A stretch of 64,000 bases of DNA, taken from positions 53,747 to 117,746 of the forward strand of contig CAKOXC010000002.1 in assembly GCA_934129945.1 (NCBI GenBank). The letters run 5' to 3'. Under the pieces are notes generated by a model. That model was not told the DNA's origin. It did no database searches and saw nothing but the letters and a program-made list of their open reading frames with translations. Both the position numbers and the translations under genes were made by a program. This DNA is from an uncultured Bacilli bacterium (GTDB lineage: Bacteria > Bacillota_I > Bacilli_A > RF39 > UBA660). Each line of letters begins with the position of its first letter. The first letter of the stretch is position 1. Of this stretch, positions 27,493 through 36,749 are shown piece by piece.

Positions 27493-27855
27493 TTATCTTC
27501 CAATTGTTTTTGAATCATATATTTCTTTTAATTGAAGTTTATTATTTGAAATACCAATTTTATTTAAATAAGAATTAAAATTATAATCATCAATTTTTTC
27601 AAACTTATTTTTTGAATTTAAATCTATTAACAGATATTCATCAATATTTTCTTTAATATCTATTAATATAAAATAATAATCATTAATTCCATATAGATCT
27701 AATGTATTTATTATTTTATTATCAATTCCTGCCATATTTAAATCCATAGACATTCTTTTATAAATATCTTTTGGCTCTTTGCTTAAGTCATTCCTAAATT
27801 GTATTTCTTGTAAAACCTTATTAACAACCATTTCAATTATCAAAACATTATTCAT
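27493..27855 (-). CDS. hypothetical protein (120 aa) inserted between trmD and rplS
   Basis: No recognisable domain. Overlaps upstream orf151 stop by 1 nt (coupled). Confidence 0.45.
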   Translation of the reverse strand: MNNVLIIEMVVNKVLQEIQFRNDLSKEPKDIYKRMSMDLNMAGIDNKIINTLDLYGINDYYFILIDIKENIDEYLLIDLNSKNKFEKIDDYNFNSYLNKIGISNNKLQLKEIYDSKTIGR

Positions 27856-28310
27856 TATCTTCCTCTTCCTTTCTTCTCTTCAACTTCAAAATTTTCTTCT
27901 ATATTATTTAAAGTATTTATGTAAACTATCTTTGCTCTAAGTTCATTTTCTAAAATTCTTAAACTTTTTATATATTTCTTTTCTTTTTCTTTTTCTAAAA
28001 ACTTTTGATATTTATTTAAAATAATAGAGCGTAATTTAGCTATTTCATCAAGTGCTATTGTAGCATCAGTAGAAGTATTATCATCATCGCTATTTATAAC
28101 ATCATAAGTTATAGCTGCTAATCTTTTAAAATTTTTATCTATTTTTTTTGATAATATTATATCAATCATAGAATGATTAAAGATAGTTATCTTATTTATA
28201 TCTGCATCTGTATGAGTAATTCTTGGCCTAAAATCATACCCATCATTATTAATACTCAATTTAACAATATCAATTTCTTCATCATGTTTTTTTATTAAAA
28301 AACTAGACAT
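27855..28310 (-). CDS. hypothetical protein (151 aa) immediately downstream of trmD
   Basis: Starts 9 nt after trmD stop. Acidic; no recognisable domain. Confidence 0.45.
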   Translation of the reverse strand: MSSFLIKKHDEEIDIVKLSINNDGYDFRPRITHTDADINKITIFNHSMIDIILSKKIDKNFKRLAAITYDVINSDDDNTSTDATIALDEIAKLRSIILNKYQKFLEKEKEKKYIKSLRILENELRAKIVYINTLNNIEENFEVEEKKGRGR

Positions 28311-28318
28311 ATTCTCAC

Positions 28319-28981
28319 CTACTTCAATAAATCACTTCTACGTTTTTTTGTTTTTTCTATTCTACTATTTTCTCTAAATTCTTTTATTTTTTTATGATCA
28401 CCACTTAAAAGAACATCTGGTACTTTCATTCCCCTATATTCTCTTGGTTTTGTATATGTTTCATAATCAAGTAAATCATTAGTAAAACTTTCATCATCCA
28501 AGCTTTCTTTTGTTATAACTCCGTCAATTAATCTTGTTATACTATCAACTAAAATCATCGCTGGTATTTCTCCGCCAGTAAGTATATAATCTCCAATACT
28601 TATTTCATAGTCACACAATGTTCTTATTCTTTCATCAAATCCTTCGTAATGACCACAAATAATTATTAAATGTTTTATTTTACTAAATTTATATGCTGTT
28701 TTTTGATTATAATTATTTCCATCAGGTGTCATCATTACTATAATACTATCTTCAGTTCTTATATCATCAATACAATCAAAAATAGGCTCGCACCTTAAAA
28801 CCATACCAGCTCCACCGCCATATGGTGTGTCATCAACTTGATTATTTGATAACTTAGAATATTTTCTAAAATCTATTAAATTAATTTCTACTTTTTTAGC
28901 ATCTATAGCTCTTTTAATAATTGATTCCTTTAATATGCCTTCAAACATATTTGGAAATAAAGTCAAGATATCTATCTTCAT
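28319..28981 (-). CDS. trmD: tRNA (guanine37-N1)-methyltransferase
   Basis: 220 aa, MKIDILTLFPNMFEG... TrmD signature. Confidence 0.9.
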   Translation of the reverse strand: MKIDILTLFPNMFEGILKESIIKRAIDAKKVEINLIDFRKYSKLSNNQVDDTPYGGGAGMVLRCEPIFDCIDDIRTEDSIIVMMTPDGNNYNQKTAYKFSKIKHLIIICGHYEGFDERIRTLCDYEISIGDYILTGGEIPAMILVDSITRLIDGVITKESLDDESFTNDLLDYETYTKPREYRGMKVPDVLLSGDHKKIKEFRENSRIEKTKKRRSDLLK

Positions 28982-29469
28982 AAAATCAAATCCTTAGCAT
29001 TTTCTGTATAGACAATTTTATTTTTTAAATCTACTTTTCTTATATAATAGTCATTATAAGGAATATAAAAATTTTTTTGCCCCTCAATAATTAACAATAT
29101 ATTGCCATTATTATACATAAAATCTTTTAATTTTCCTAGTATTTTTTCATTTTCTTTTATTTCAAAATCTATTAAATCTTCTAATATATAGTTATTATCT
29201 TCAATTTCTAAATCTTCTCTATTTATATAAACATTATTTCCTTTATATTTTAGGACTTCATTAATATTATTTATTCCTTCTAAAGTTACCATATCAAATT
29301 CTTTATGTTTGCGATATGTTTTAATAATTTCTTTTTCTTTATTAGGACCAATATACAGAGTAAAATCTTTTTTAAATACTAAATCCTTTTTTAAAAAATC
29401 AGAAAGAATTCTAATTTCGCCTTTAATACCATGAGTATTCACAATTTTTCCTACATATATATACTTCAT
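28978..29469 (-). CDS. rimM: 16S rRNA processing protein RimM
   Basis: 163 aa, VGKIVNTHGIKGEIRI motif, upstream of trmD. Confidence 0.85.
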   Translation of the reverse strand: MKYIYVGKIVNTHGIKGEIRILSDFLKKDLVFKKDFTLYIGPNKEKEIIKTYRKHKEFDMVTLEGINNINEVLKYKGNNVYINREDLEIEDNNYILEDLIDFEIKENEKILGKLKDFMYNNGNILLIIEGQKNFYIPYNDYYIRKVDLKNKIVYTENAKDLIL

Positions 29470-30173
29470 TTTTTTACCCCCAATTCATACATTAAAATGG
29501 ATGCAGCAACACCAGCATTTAAACTCTCACATTCTTTATTCATTTTAATTGTTATATTTTTATCACAAAGATTCAAAATATCTTCTTTAATACCATTTCC
29601 TTCATTTCCTATTACTAATGCTATCTTAGAATCATTTTCAAAATATCCCTTGCCATTAACTGTTGTAGCATAAATGGTATAACCATTTTCCTTTAATTTA
29701 GGTATTATTTCAATCAATTTTTTTCTTACAATATTAATATTAAATATCATGCCTTCACTAGATCTTATTACTTTATCATTATATAAATCTACACAATCAT
29801 CAGATAGAATTATTGTACTAATATTAAATGCTACAGCACTTCTTATGATTGTTCCTAAATTTCCAGGATCTTGAATATTATCTAGAATTAAAATTTTATC
29901 TCCTTCAACTTTTTTTTCTTCTATTTTTTTTACTACTGCTATTTCTTTAGTACCACTTTTTTGACTAGATAGTTTTTTTAATATTTCAGGATTTACTGTA
30001 TAATCATAAGTCTCATTAAGTCCAATGGTTGAGACAACCATTTGTTTTTTTAAAGCTTCTTTTATTAAATGGTCACCTTCAATAAGAAAAAGACCTGCCT
30101 CATCACGATATTTTTTTTCTTTTAATTTATTCCAATTTTTTACTTTTGCATTGGATAATGATTCAATTTTCAT
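29466..30173 (-). CDS. SpoU/TrmH-family RNA 2'-O-methyltransferase
   Basis: LFLIEGDHLIKEA and ILILDNIQDPGNLGTIIRSA motifs. Confidence 0.75.
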   Translation of the reverse strand: MKIESLSNAKVKNWNKLKEKKYRDEAGLFLIEGDHLIKEALKKQMVVSTIGLNETYDYTVNPEILKKLSSQKSGTKEIAVVKKIEEKKVEGDKILILDNIQDPGNLGTIIRSAVAFNISTIILSDDCVDLYNDKVIRSSEGMIFNINIVRKKLIEIIPKLKENGYTIYATTVNGKGYFENDSKIALVIGNEGNGIKEDILNLCDKNITIKMNKECESLNAGVAASILMYELGVKK

Positions 30174-30805
30174 TAAACTTCCCTCAATTCTTTTCTAGCT
30201 TCTTTATATTTAGGATAATATTTACTTACATGCTTCCAAAATCTTGCACTGTGATTTGCTTCATAAAAATGACATAGTTCATGTATTATAACATAATCTA
30301 AAAGATGTGGTTCTTTTTTTAATAATTCTGAATTTAAAGTTATATTTCTTTTTGTTATATTATTGACTCCCCATCTAGTTTTCATTTTTCTAATTTTTAA
30401 AGTAAATTTTGGAATATTATTAAAGTATGGGACTATTCTATTTACTTCATTTCCGAATATTCTTATACATTCTTTATCATAAAATTTTTTTAAAGCTTTG
30501 TCATCTTTAGCAAAAACTAGATCATTGTCAAAATAAACATTTTTTGTTGCATTATCATAAATTATAGTATATTTTTTACCTAGATAATTAAAAAATAAGT
30601 CATTTTGCATTTCTTTATTATTTCTCAAGTACATCTTATATAATGAATCTTCATTATTTTTTATAAGTTCTTGAATTCTTTTTAAACTCACTAAGCGATT
30701 ACATGTAACAACTAAATTACCATTTTTAAATCTAAAATAAATATTTTTGTTATTTTTTCTAATAATTTCTACGTTAATAATTTCATTATTTAATTCAATT
30801 TGCAT
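30173..30805 (-). CDS. YgjP-like M48/DUF45 (WLM/SprT-like) metal-dependent hydrolase
   Basis: C-terminal HELCHxxxxNHSARFW motif. Confidence 0.65.
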   Translation of the reverse strand: MQIELNNEIINVEIIRKNNKNIYFRFKNGNLVVTCNRLVSLKRIQELIKNNEDSLYKMYLRNNKEMQNDLFFNYLGKKYTIIYDNATKNVYFDNDLVFAKDDKALKKFYDKECIRIFGNEVNRIVPYFNNIPKFTLKIRKMKTRWGVNNITKRNITLNSELLKKEPHLLDYVIIHELCHFYEANHSARFWKHVSKYYPKYKEARKELREV

Positions 30806-30813
30806 ATAATCAC

Positions 30814-31239
30814 CTAATTATTTAAAATTAATGTTTCTCTAAAAGGATTAAAACCTAATGAAAGATAAAAGTTTTTAGCGACAATATTGTCACTCATGAC
30901 ATTAATTAAGATTTTGTGAATATTTTTTTCATTAATCACTTTTATTATTTCTGTTACCAATGTTGTTGCAACTTTTTTATTTCTATAACATTCATCAACA
31001 TATAAAGCATCAATTACTGCATCTTCAGCATTTATAATTACATAAACATACCCAACAATTTTATTTTCTTCCTCACATAGGTAAATAATATTGTTCTTCC
31101 CTAAAACATTTTGATAAAAATTTTGTACTTTAAAATTTTTATCTATACTTTTATCATATTTTCTTTCATCCATTATCAATTTTGTAAGCATTGTATCCAA
31201 AATACTACAATCTTCAACATTTGCAAATCTAAAAGTCAT
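30814..31239 (-). CDS. GNAT family N-acetyltransferase
   Basis: 141 aa. Acetyl-CoA binding region YVDECYRNKKVATTL, GNAT fold pattern. Confidence 0.65.
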   Translation of the reverse strand: MTFRFANVEDCSILDTMLTKLIMDERKYDKSIDKNFKVQNFYQNVLGKNNIIYLCEEENKIVGYVYVIINAEDAVIDALYVDECYRNKKVATTLVTEIIKVINEKNIHKILINVMSDNIVAKNFYLSLGFNPFRETLILNN

Positions 31240-31313
31240 TTTTACACCTCATATTTATATTTTATCATAAAAAAAGCAATTGAAGAAACTATTTATCAAT
31301 TACCTTTGTTGTT

Positions 31314-32198
31314 TTAATTTAATTCATTTTGTTTTTTTATCTCATTTATCTTTTCAATTGATAAATTTGTTATTTTAGAAATTGCGTTAATAGCAATTTC
31401 TTCATTTAACATATTTTTTATCGTTTTGATTTTTTCTTGTTCTTGTCCTAATTTAAGTCCTTTTTCTTCACCAAGCTTAATGCCTTTTTCATATCCTGTA
31501 TCTTCTGCTTCTCTTATTAATGAGTTTTGCATCTTTCTTTGATCTTCTTCATGACTCATATATTCTTGAAAAAATGGATCGTTATTTAATATTGTTACAC
31601 TCTCTACATATTTTTCTGATATCTTATCACTTTTTGGCATTTTCTTTAACTCCCCTTCATTTAAATCTAACATTACTAAAAGTTCATTTTCTTTTATCTT
31701 TTTTTCATCCTTACTATACCAAATTTTTTTATAATATTCCATATTTATTTCTATTATTAGTAAATTTTTTACATACACATTTCCATTTTTATCAATTATT
31801 CTAAATTCTCTTTTGCTTTCTTCATAATCGAGTCCCCATGTCAAATTTATTTGAATTATATCAATATCTTGATTACATGTATCACCAACTAAAGCATTAG
31901 TTGAATATACATTACAAATATATGCGGTATTTCTTATATACACATATTCATTAATACTTGCATTTATCTCTATTTCTATCTTTTTATTTGTAGCAAGTAT
32001 TAAGGCGTCTACTCTTTTTGATTTTATTATATTATTACCTACTATTAACTCTGTTGGAAGTATTTTTTTTATTTCTATTTTCACTTTTAATATATCTTCT
32101 AGTAAGGATTCTAGTAAATCTTCATTCTTGGGATTTAAAAATACTTCTTTAAATGTTCTATCATAACGACAACTGTAAAATTTTTGCACCAAAATCAC
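31314..32198 (-). CDS. Rpn-family recombination-promoting nuclease / putative transposase, copy 2 (GTG start)
   Basis: DRTFKEVF N-terminal motif, C-terminal EKGIKLGEEKGLKLGQEQ...IKNMLNE repeats. Begins at GTG with tightly spaced SD. Confidence 0.5.
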   Translation of the reverse strand: MILVQKFYSCRYDRTFKEVFLNPKNEDLLESLLEDILKVKIEIKKILPTELIVGNNIIKSKRVDALILATNKKIEIEINASINEYVYIRNTAYICNVYSTNALVGDTCNQDIDIIQINLTWGLDYEESKREFRIIDKNGNVYVKNLLIIEINMEYYKKIWYSKDEKKIKENELLVMLDLNEGELKKMPKSDKISEKYVESVTILNNDPFFQEYMSHEEDQRKMQNSLIREAEDTGYEKGIKLGEEKGLKLGQEQEKIKTIKNMLNEEIAINAISKITNLSIEKINEIKKQNELN

Positions 32199-32210
32199 CC
32201 TTTCTATCTA

Positions 32211-32243
32211 ATATAAAAAGAGAACATTAAAATTCTCTTTTTA
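32211..32243 (-). terminator. intrinsic terminator closing the bacteriocin operon
   Basis: AAAGAGAA-8nt loop-TTCTCTTT then T-rich run on the minus strand, immediately after peptide B stop. Confidence 0.5.
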
Positions 32244-32396
32244 ACAAAAATTTCTGTTAATCGCTCTTCTTATAGTAGATCCAACAGTTCTTCCAAATTC
32301 TAAAATTGTGTTTACAGCTCTTGCAGCAGCATTTATGTAAGTAGCAGTCCAACTACCACCAGTAATATTAATTAACTCATTTCTTTCTATTTTCAT
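32241..32396 (-). CDS. double-glycine leader bacteriocin-like peptide B (51 aa): MKIERNELINITGG|SWTATYINAAARAVNTILEFGRTVGSTIRRAINRNFC
   Basis: Manually translated. Leader fits LSxxELxxIxGG consensus. ATG overlaps stop of peptide A (TAATG). Not in the ORF track. Confidence 0.6.
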   Translation of the reverse strand: MKIERNELINITGGSWTATYINAAARAVNTILEFGRTVGSTIRRAINRNFC

Positions 32397-32530
32397 TATT
32401 TATTACACTTTAATGGTCTCATAAAGCCATCAAATACTCCTACTATAAAAATTCCAAATCCTGCTATTGCTAACCATAACCCTTTGCCACCACCTGTGAC
32501 ACTGTTTAAATAATCATTACTAAGTTTCAT
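32396..32530 (-). CDS. double-glycine leader bacteriocin-like peptide A (44 aa): MKLSNDYLNSVTGG|GKGLWLAIAGFGIFIVGVFDGFMRPLKCNK
   Basis: Manually translated. Hydrophobic mature part with GxxxG motifs. ATG overlaps stop of orf139 (TAATG). Confidence 0.6.
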   Translation of the reverse strand: MKLSNDYLNSVTGGGKGLWLAIAGFGIFIVGVFDGFMRPLKCNK

Positions 32531-32949
32531 TAACCTAAAACTCCCTTCATTATTTTTTTAATTATCAAATCTTTATTGTAATAAAAAGTTATTTCTACTA
32601 TTTCATTATTTTCTTTCTTCGTTTTATTAGTAAATTGAATCTCTTGAACATTAATATTTCCGTTGCTATAAATATCACTATATTTAAAAGAGTCTAAGAC
32701 AAATAAAGAATTATTAATTTTATATTGATAACTTTGTGATATTTTTTTAGCATTTAAAACATTTTCTGTTAATACAATGTAATTATCTTTTATGATTCCA
32801 TTAGTTATGTATTTATTAGGGATTTTAAAAAAAAGGAAAAAACTAATAATTGACATAACTATGATTAAATAAAAAATAAATATAATTTTCAATTTTTTAT
32901 GTTTTCCATAAACAAAATTCAAATCTTCTAAATTAAGCATTTGCTCCAC
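32530..32949 (-). CDS. single-TM accessory/immunity-like protein of bacteriocin operon (139 aa)
   Basis: One N-terminal TM. Overlaps ABC gene stop and peptide A start; function inferred from position only. Confidence 0.4.
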   Translation of the reverse strand: MEQMLNLEDLNFVYGKHKKLKIIFIFYLIIVMSIISFFLFFKIPNKYITNGIIKDNYIVLTENVLNAKKISQSYQYKINNSLFVLDSFKYSDIYSNGNINVQEIQFTNKTKKENNEIVEITFYYNKDLIIKKIMKGVLG

Positions 32950-34975
32950 CTATTTCTAATACTTCATCAAAATATTCTTCATAATCCTTATGTGTAACAT
33001 AAATTATTGTTTTATTTTTAAGCTTTAAATTAAGTTCTTTTATTATATCTATTTCTAAATTTCTATTAACCTCGCTTAAGGCTTCATCAAGTATCAAAAT
33101 TGATGAATTTTTATATAGAGCTCTTGCAAGGATAATTCTTTGTTTTTCTCCGCCAGATAAATTGTTAAAATTTTTATTAATAAAAGTTTCATAGCGTAAC
33201 GGCTTTTTGCAAACTAATTCTTCTAAATGACATAATTTACATATTTCAGTAAATTTTTTTATATTAAATTCATTATTTAATATAATGTTATTTTTAATAG
33301 TATCGTCAAATAAAAATTCATTTTGTGATAAATATGTAATATTTGATCTAATAGTAGCTAATGGGTAATCAAATATATCTACATTATCTATTGTAATAGT
33401 ACCTTTTTGTAATTCATAGGTTCTATTTAGTAATTTGCAAAACGTCGATTTACCAATTCCACTTTTTCCTTTTATCATAACATGAGAATTTTTTTTGATT
33501 GTGAGGTTGACATCATTTATTATATTGGTATAGTTGTTATAGGAAAATCCTACATTTTTGGCGATTATATCGCCATTTAAAAATGGTTCTTTTAATTCTA
33601 AGTTTTCTTCTTTATTATCCATAAACTCAATATTTTTTTCTAAAGAAGCTTTTAAATAATTACATTTTGGGATTAATTCCATAAAAGATTTAATCGGATC
33701 TATTAAATAAACAAAGACAGATTCAAATGTAATAAAATTTACCAAAGTTATTTTGTCATGAAATAGTAGATAAAAACCAAAAGTTATCAATGTATAATGC
33801 ATTAAATCAAGTACACCATTTTTAAAACTATTTATTAAATTCATAGAACTATTAATTTTAAAAATAGATTTTAAATAATTTATAATGTTTTTTTGCATTT
33901 TAATAATAAAATGACTTTCTAAATTATTATTTTTAATTGATTCAAAAGCATTACAAGATTCACTAATACTTTCATTAAACTTTTCATTACATTCAATGTT
34001 TCTTCTAATTATTCTATAAATAAATTTACTTGTTATTAATGCTATTAAAAGGTAGGAAGTGACAAAAAAACATAATATCATTAATAATTTTGAATTTATA
34101 AAATATAGAACAATAAAAGAACATATAGCTAAAAATAAATTCATAATAGTGCTTATAACTACTTCAGATATTACTTCATGTAGATTATTAAGTTCTAAAA
34201 CTCGAGTTATAATTTCACCTGATGATCTATTTTTAACAATTTTAGAAGGAAGATTAAAAAATTTTTCAAAAAATGCTTCGTTTAAATTATAATTAATATC
34301 TTTTATCAAATAATTCTTATAATAATTACTAATAAATTCAAATATTAATTTACTAAAATATAAAAACAAAAATAAGAATGCTACTGGTTTTAAATAATTT
34401 TGATTATCTAGATTATTGAAACATAATTTAAAATACATACTATTTAAGATGGTTAGAAATGTTATTATAAAACCAGTAATAATAATATTTATAAAAAGTT
34501 TTTTATTATTTTTTATAATATTAGAAATAAACTTGTAAATATTCGTCTCTTCTCTTTTTATAATATTATCTTCTTTAGGATATGCAACTATCACTACTCC
34601 CGTAAAAATTTCATAAAAATCTTGATATTTTATTTTTACTATTCCTTTATAAGGATCCATGAGAGTAATAAAATTTTTACTTAATTTGTAACAAACTACA
34701 TAATGGTTTAAACCATTTTTTAAGGACAAGTGAACAATTGCTGGTAGATTTAATTCTTTATCAATCTTATCTACTTTTAATCCATAGGAATCAAAGCCAT
34801 ATTTTTTTATTGCTTCAACCAAATTATAAGCTGTAGTTCCTGAAATATTGGTATAACAATCATTATGAATTATTTCAAGTGGCACATAACCATTATAATA
34901 TTTTAGTAATGACAAAATACAACATGGTCCGCAGTCTTTGATATCTCTTTGTTTTACTACTTCTATTTTTTGCAT
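32933..34975 (-). CDS. bacteriocin-type ABC exporter with N-terminal C39 peptidase domain (LagD/ComA family)
   Basis: N-terminal QRDIKDCGPCCILSLLKYY (C39 Cys), 6-TM region, C-terminal Walker A GKSGIGKST and LSGGEKQRIILARAL. True start probably ATG 34975 (SD AGAAGGGAGA); track start 35038 reads through the conserved promoter cassette. Confidence 0.8.
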   Translation of the reverse strand: MQKIEVVKQRDIKDCGPCCILSLLKYYNGYVPLEIIHNDCYTNISGTTAYNLVEAIKKYGFDSYGLKVDKIDKELNLPAIVHLSLKNGLNHYVVCYKLSKNFITLMDPYKGIVKIKYQDFYEIFTGVVIVAYPKEDNIIKREETNIYKFISNIIKNNKKLFINIIITGFIITFLTILNSMYFKLCFNNLDNQNYLKPVAFLFLFLYFSKLIFEFISNYYKNYLIKDINYNLNEAFFEKFFNLPSKIVKNRSSGEIITRVLELNNLHEVISEVVISTIMNLFLAICSFIVLYFINSKLLMILCFFVTSYLLIALITSKFIYRIIRRNIECNEKFNESISESCNAFESIKNNNLESHFIIKMQKNIINYLKSIFKINSSMNLINSFKNGVLDLMHYTLITFGFYLLFHDKITLVNFITFESVFVYLIDPIKSFMELIPKCNYLKASLEKNIEFMDNKEENLELKEPFLNGDIIAKNVGFSYNNYTNIINDVNLTIKKNSHVMIKGKSGIGKSTFCKLLNRTYELQKGTITIDNVDIFDYPLATIRSNITYLSQNEFLFDDTIKNNIILNNEFNIKKFTEICKLCHLEELVCKKPLRYETFINKNFNNLSGGEKQRIILARALYKNSSILILDEALSEVNRNLEIDIIKELNLKLKNKTIIYVTHKDYEEYFDEVLEIGGANA

Positions 34976-34977
34976 AT

Positions 34978-35050
34978 TTTTTCTCCCTTCTACTATCTTA
35001 TTACAAAAAAATATCTCATTTCCTTTTTTTTCTTGCAAATTTCTTTAAAA
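34978..35050 (-). promoter_or_regulatory. conserved promoter/leader cassette, copy 3 (upstream of C39-ABC/bacteriocin operon)
   Basis: AAGAAATTTGCAAGAAAAAAAAGGAAATGAGATATTTTTTTGTAATAAGATAGTAGAAGGGAGA then ATG; matches copies 1 and 2. Confidence 0.6.
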
Positions 35051-35053
35051 AAT

Positions 35054-35080
35054 TTAAAAAAATCGTCATTTTCGACGATT
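35054..35080 (-). terminator. intrinsic terminator of upstream membrane-protein gene
   Basis: AATCGTC-gaaaat-GACGATT then T7 on the minus strand. Confidence 0.55.
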
Positions 35081-35797
35081 TTTCTTCTTTTTTGTATTAT
35101 TTTTGTCTTTTTTCATCAAAGAAATTTCTTTTTGTTTGTCTTTACTTAAATTAGGAAAAGCTTTTAATAATCTACCTGGGAATATTTTAAATTTTGCCAT
35201 TCTTTCTTTTAATGTTTTTTCAAATAATAAAGGTATTTTACTTAATTTTTCACTTTTAAGTTCTTCTACTATTATTAATCTGTTACGAAGATTAAATGCA
35301 ACAACACAAGAATATATAATATCAGAAAGTAACAATATAGTTATTAAAATTAATGAAATATTAAAAATGTTGTGTGGTATAAGCATAATAAATTTATCAA
35401 CTAATGGTTCAACTAAATAAATAATTGCTAAAGAACCAAAACCAAACATAATCGAATTTAGTAAACATATTCTTCCATTGATATTATACTTATAATTATT
35501 ATAATCCCACCACATATTATGAAATATTTTTTCAAGTAAAAAACTAGTAAAGTATTCTAATGCAGAACATATAATCATTCCAAACACAAAAACAACTAAT
35601 GGATCACTTTTATATCTTGATAATGCAAATAATATAAATATTGCTCCAAATCCATAGATTGGAATTAATGGTCCACATAAAAAACCTCTAGGACTAAATT
35701 TTTTATCAAGAATAGCACAAAATAATGTTTCACAGATAAACCCGATAAAACTATATAAAAGAAATGTTGTATATAAATAAATAAATACTTTCATCAT
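35066..35797 (-). CDS. polytopic membrane protein (possibly DUF1113/CmpB-like putative ABC-transporter type IV family)
   Basis: 243 aa, about 6 TMs, lysine-rich C-terminal tail. Family assignment tentative. Confidence 0.35.
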   Translation of the reverse strand: MMKVFIYLYTTFLLYSFIGFICETLFCAILDKKFSPRGFLCGPLIPIYGFGAIFILFALSRYKSDPLVVFVFGMIICSALEYFTSFLLEKIFHNMWWDYNNYKYNINGRICLLNSIMFGFGSLAIIYLVEPLVDKFIMLIPHNIFNISLILITILLLSDIIYSCVVAFNLRNRLIIVEELKSEKLSKIPLLFEKTLKERMAKFKIFPGRLLKAFPNLSKDKQKEISLMKKDKNNTKKKKNRRK

Positions 35798-35895
35798 TAG
35801 CTCCCTCTATTTAATAACATTATATCACAAAAATATTTTTTTAGAATAAATAATACTACACATACATATTATGTATTAGATTATTGGAGGAAATT

Positions 35896-36390
35896 ATGAT
35901 AAATAAACAAAGCTTGTGGTTTGTAACACTATTTAGTATGATTTTAGTTTTAAGTATTTATTATGTAACAATGAAAGATGATACACTTGCAACCATTAAA
36001 TCTTTAGATGATATTAAAGAAACTGAAGAAGTTAATGTAACATCAAGTAGTGCTCTTGTTGCTTTAAGAGTTGCAGATGATGAGGAAGTTCTTAAAGAAA
36101 TGGAAGACCTTCAAACAGTTTTACTTGATGATACATCAACAATTGAAGAAAAAAATAACGCTTATGAATCATTACAAACAATCAATACTACTAAAGGTAA
36201 AGAAACTGAAATAGAAGAAAAAATATTAAAAGAATTTAGTTTAGATTCATTTGTTAAAATTAAAAATGATCGAATAAGTATAACAATTGGAAGTAATGAA
36301 CATGATACAAAATTAGCTAATAAAATAATGAATACAGTTCAAAGTATGTATGATGTTAAAATGTATATAACAATTAAATTCCAAAAATAA
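35896..36390 (+). CDS. membrane-anchored hypothetical protein (possibly SpoIIIAH-like sporulation protein)
   Basis: N-terminal TM, acidic middle region. First ATG 35896 with SD GGAGG. Weak similarity pattern only. Confidence 0.3.
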   Translation: MINKQSLWFVTLFSMILVLSIYYVTMKDDTLATIKSLDDIKETEEVNVTSSSALVALRVADDEEVLKEMEDLQTVLLDDTSTIEEKNNAYESLQTINTTKGKETEIEEKILKEFSLDSFVKIKNDRISITIGSNEHDTKLANKIMNTVQSMYDVKMYITIKFQK

Positions 36391-36474
36391 ACTATTTTAG
36401 GCATTAGTTCTCACTTTAGTAAAATACATTCATAATATAAAATAGGTGTATTAAGAAGAAAGTGAGGGAATTTC

Positions 36475-36681
36475 TTGAAAAATAGTATATTAACGAATCG
36501 TGAAAAAGAAGTTTTCGAGTTATTAGTTTTAAATAAATCTACGAAAGAAATTGCTGATTTTTTAGGTATAAGTGAAAAAACTGTCAGAAATCATATATCT
36601 AATGCTATTCAAAAATTAGAAGTAAAAGGAAGAGCTCAAGCTGTTGTAGAATTATTAAAACTTGGTGAGATCACTTTATAA
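36475..36681 (+). CDS. gerE: GerE / LuxR-family HTH transcriptional regulator
   Basis: 68 aa. LTNREKEVFELLVLNKSTKEIADFLGISEKTVRNHISNAIQKLEVKGRAQAVVELLKLGE is near-identical in pattern to Bacillus GerE. Confidence 0.75.
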   Translation: MKNSILTNREKEVFELLVLNKSTKEIADFLGISEKTVRNHISNAIQKLEVKGRAQAVVELLKLGEITL

Positions 36682-36749
36682 AGATGAAAATTTTCATCTT
36701 TTTTTGTTCTTAAAATCTAAATTAATAATATATTTTATTAGGTGATAAA

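Noticed and set aside
34976-35038. Longer N-terminus of the C39-ABC exporter starting at 35038
   Set aside because: The extension is an in-frame translation of the conserved promoter cassette. The SD-supported ATG at 34975 matches the other two cassette copies.
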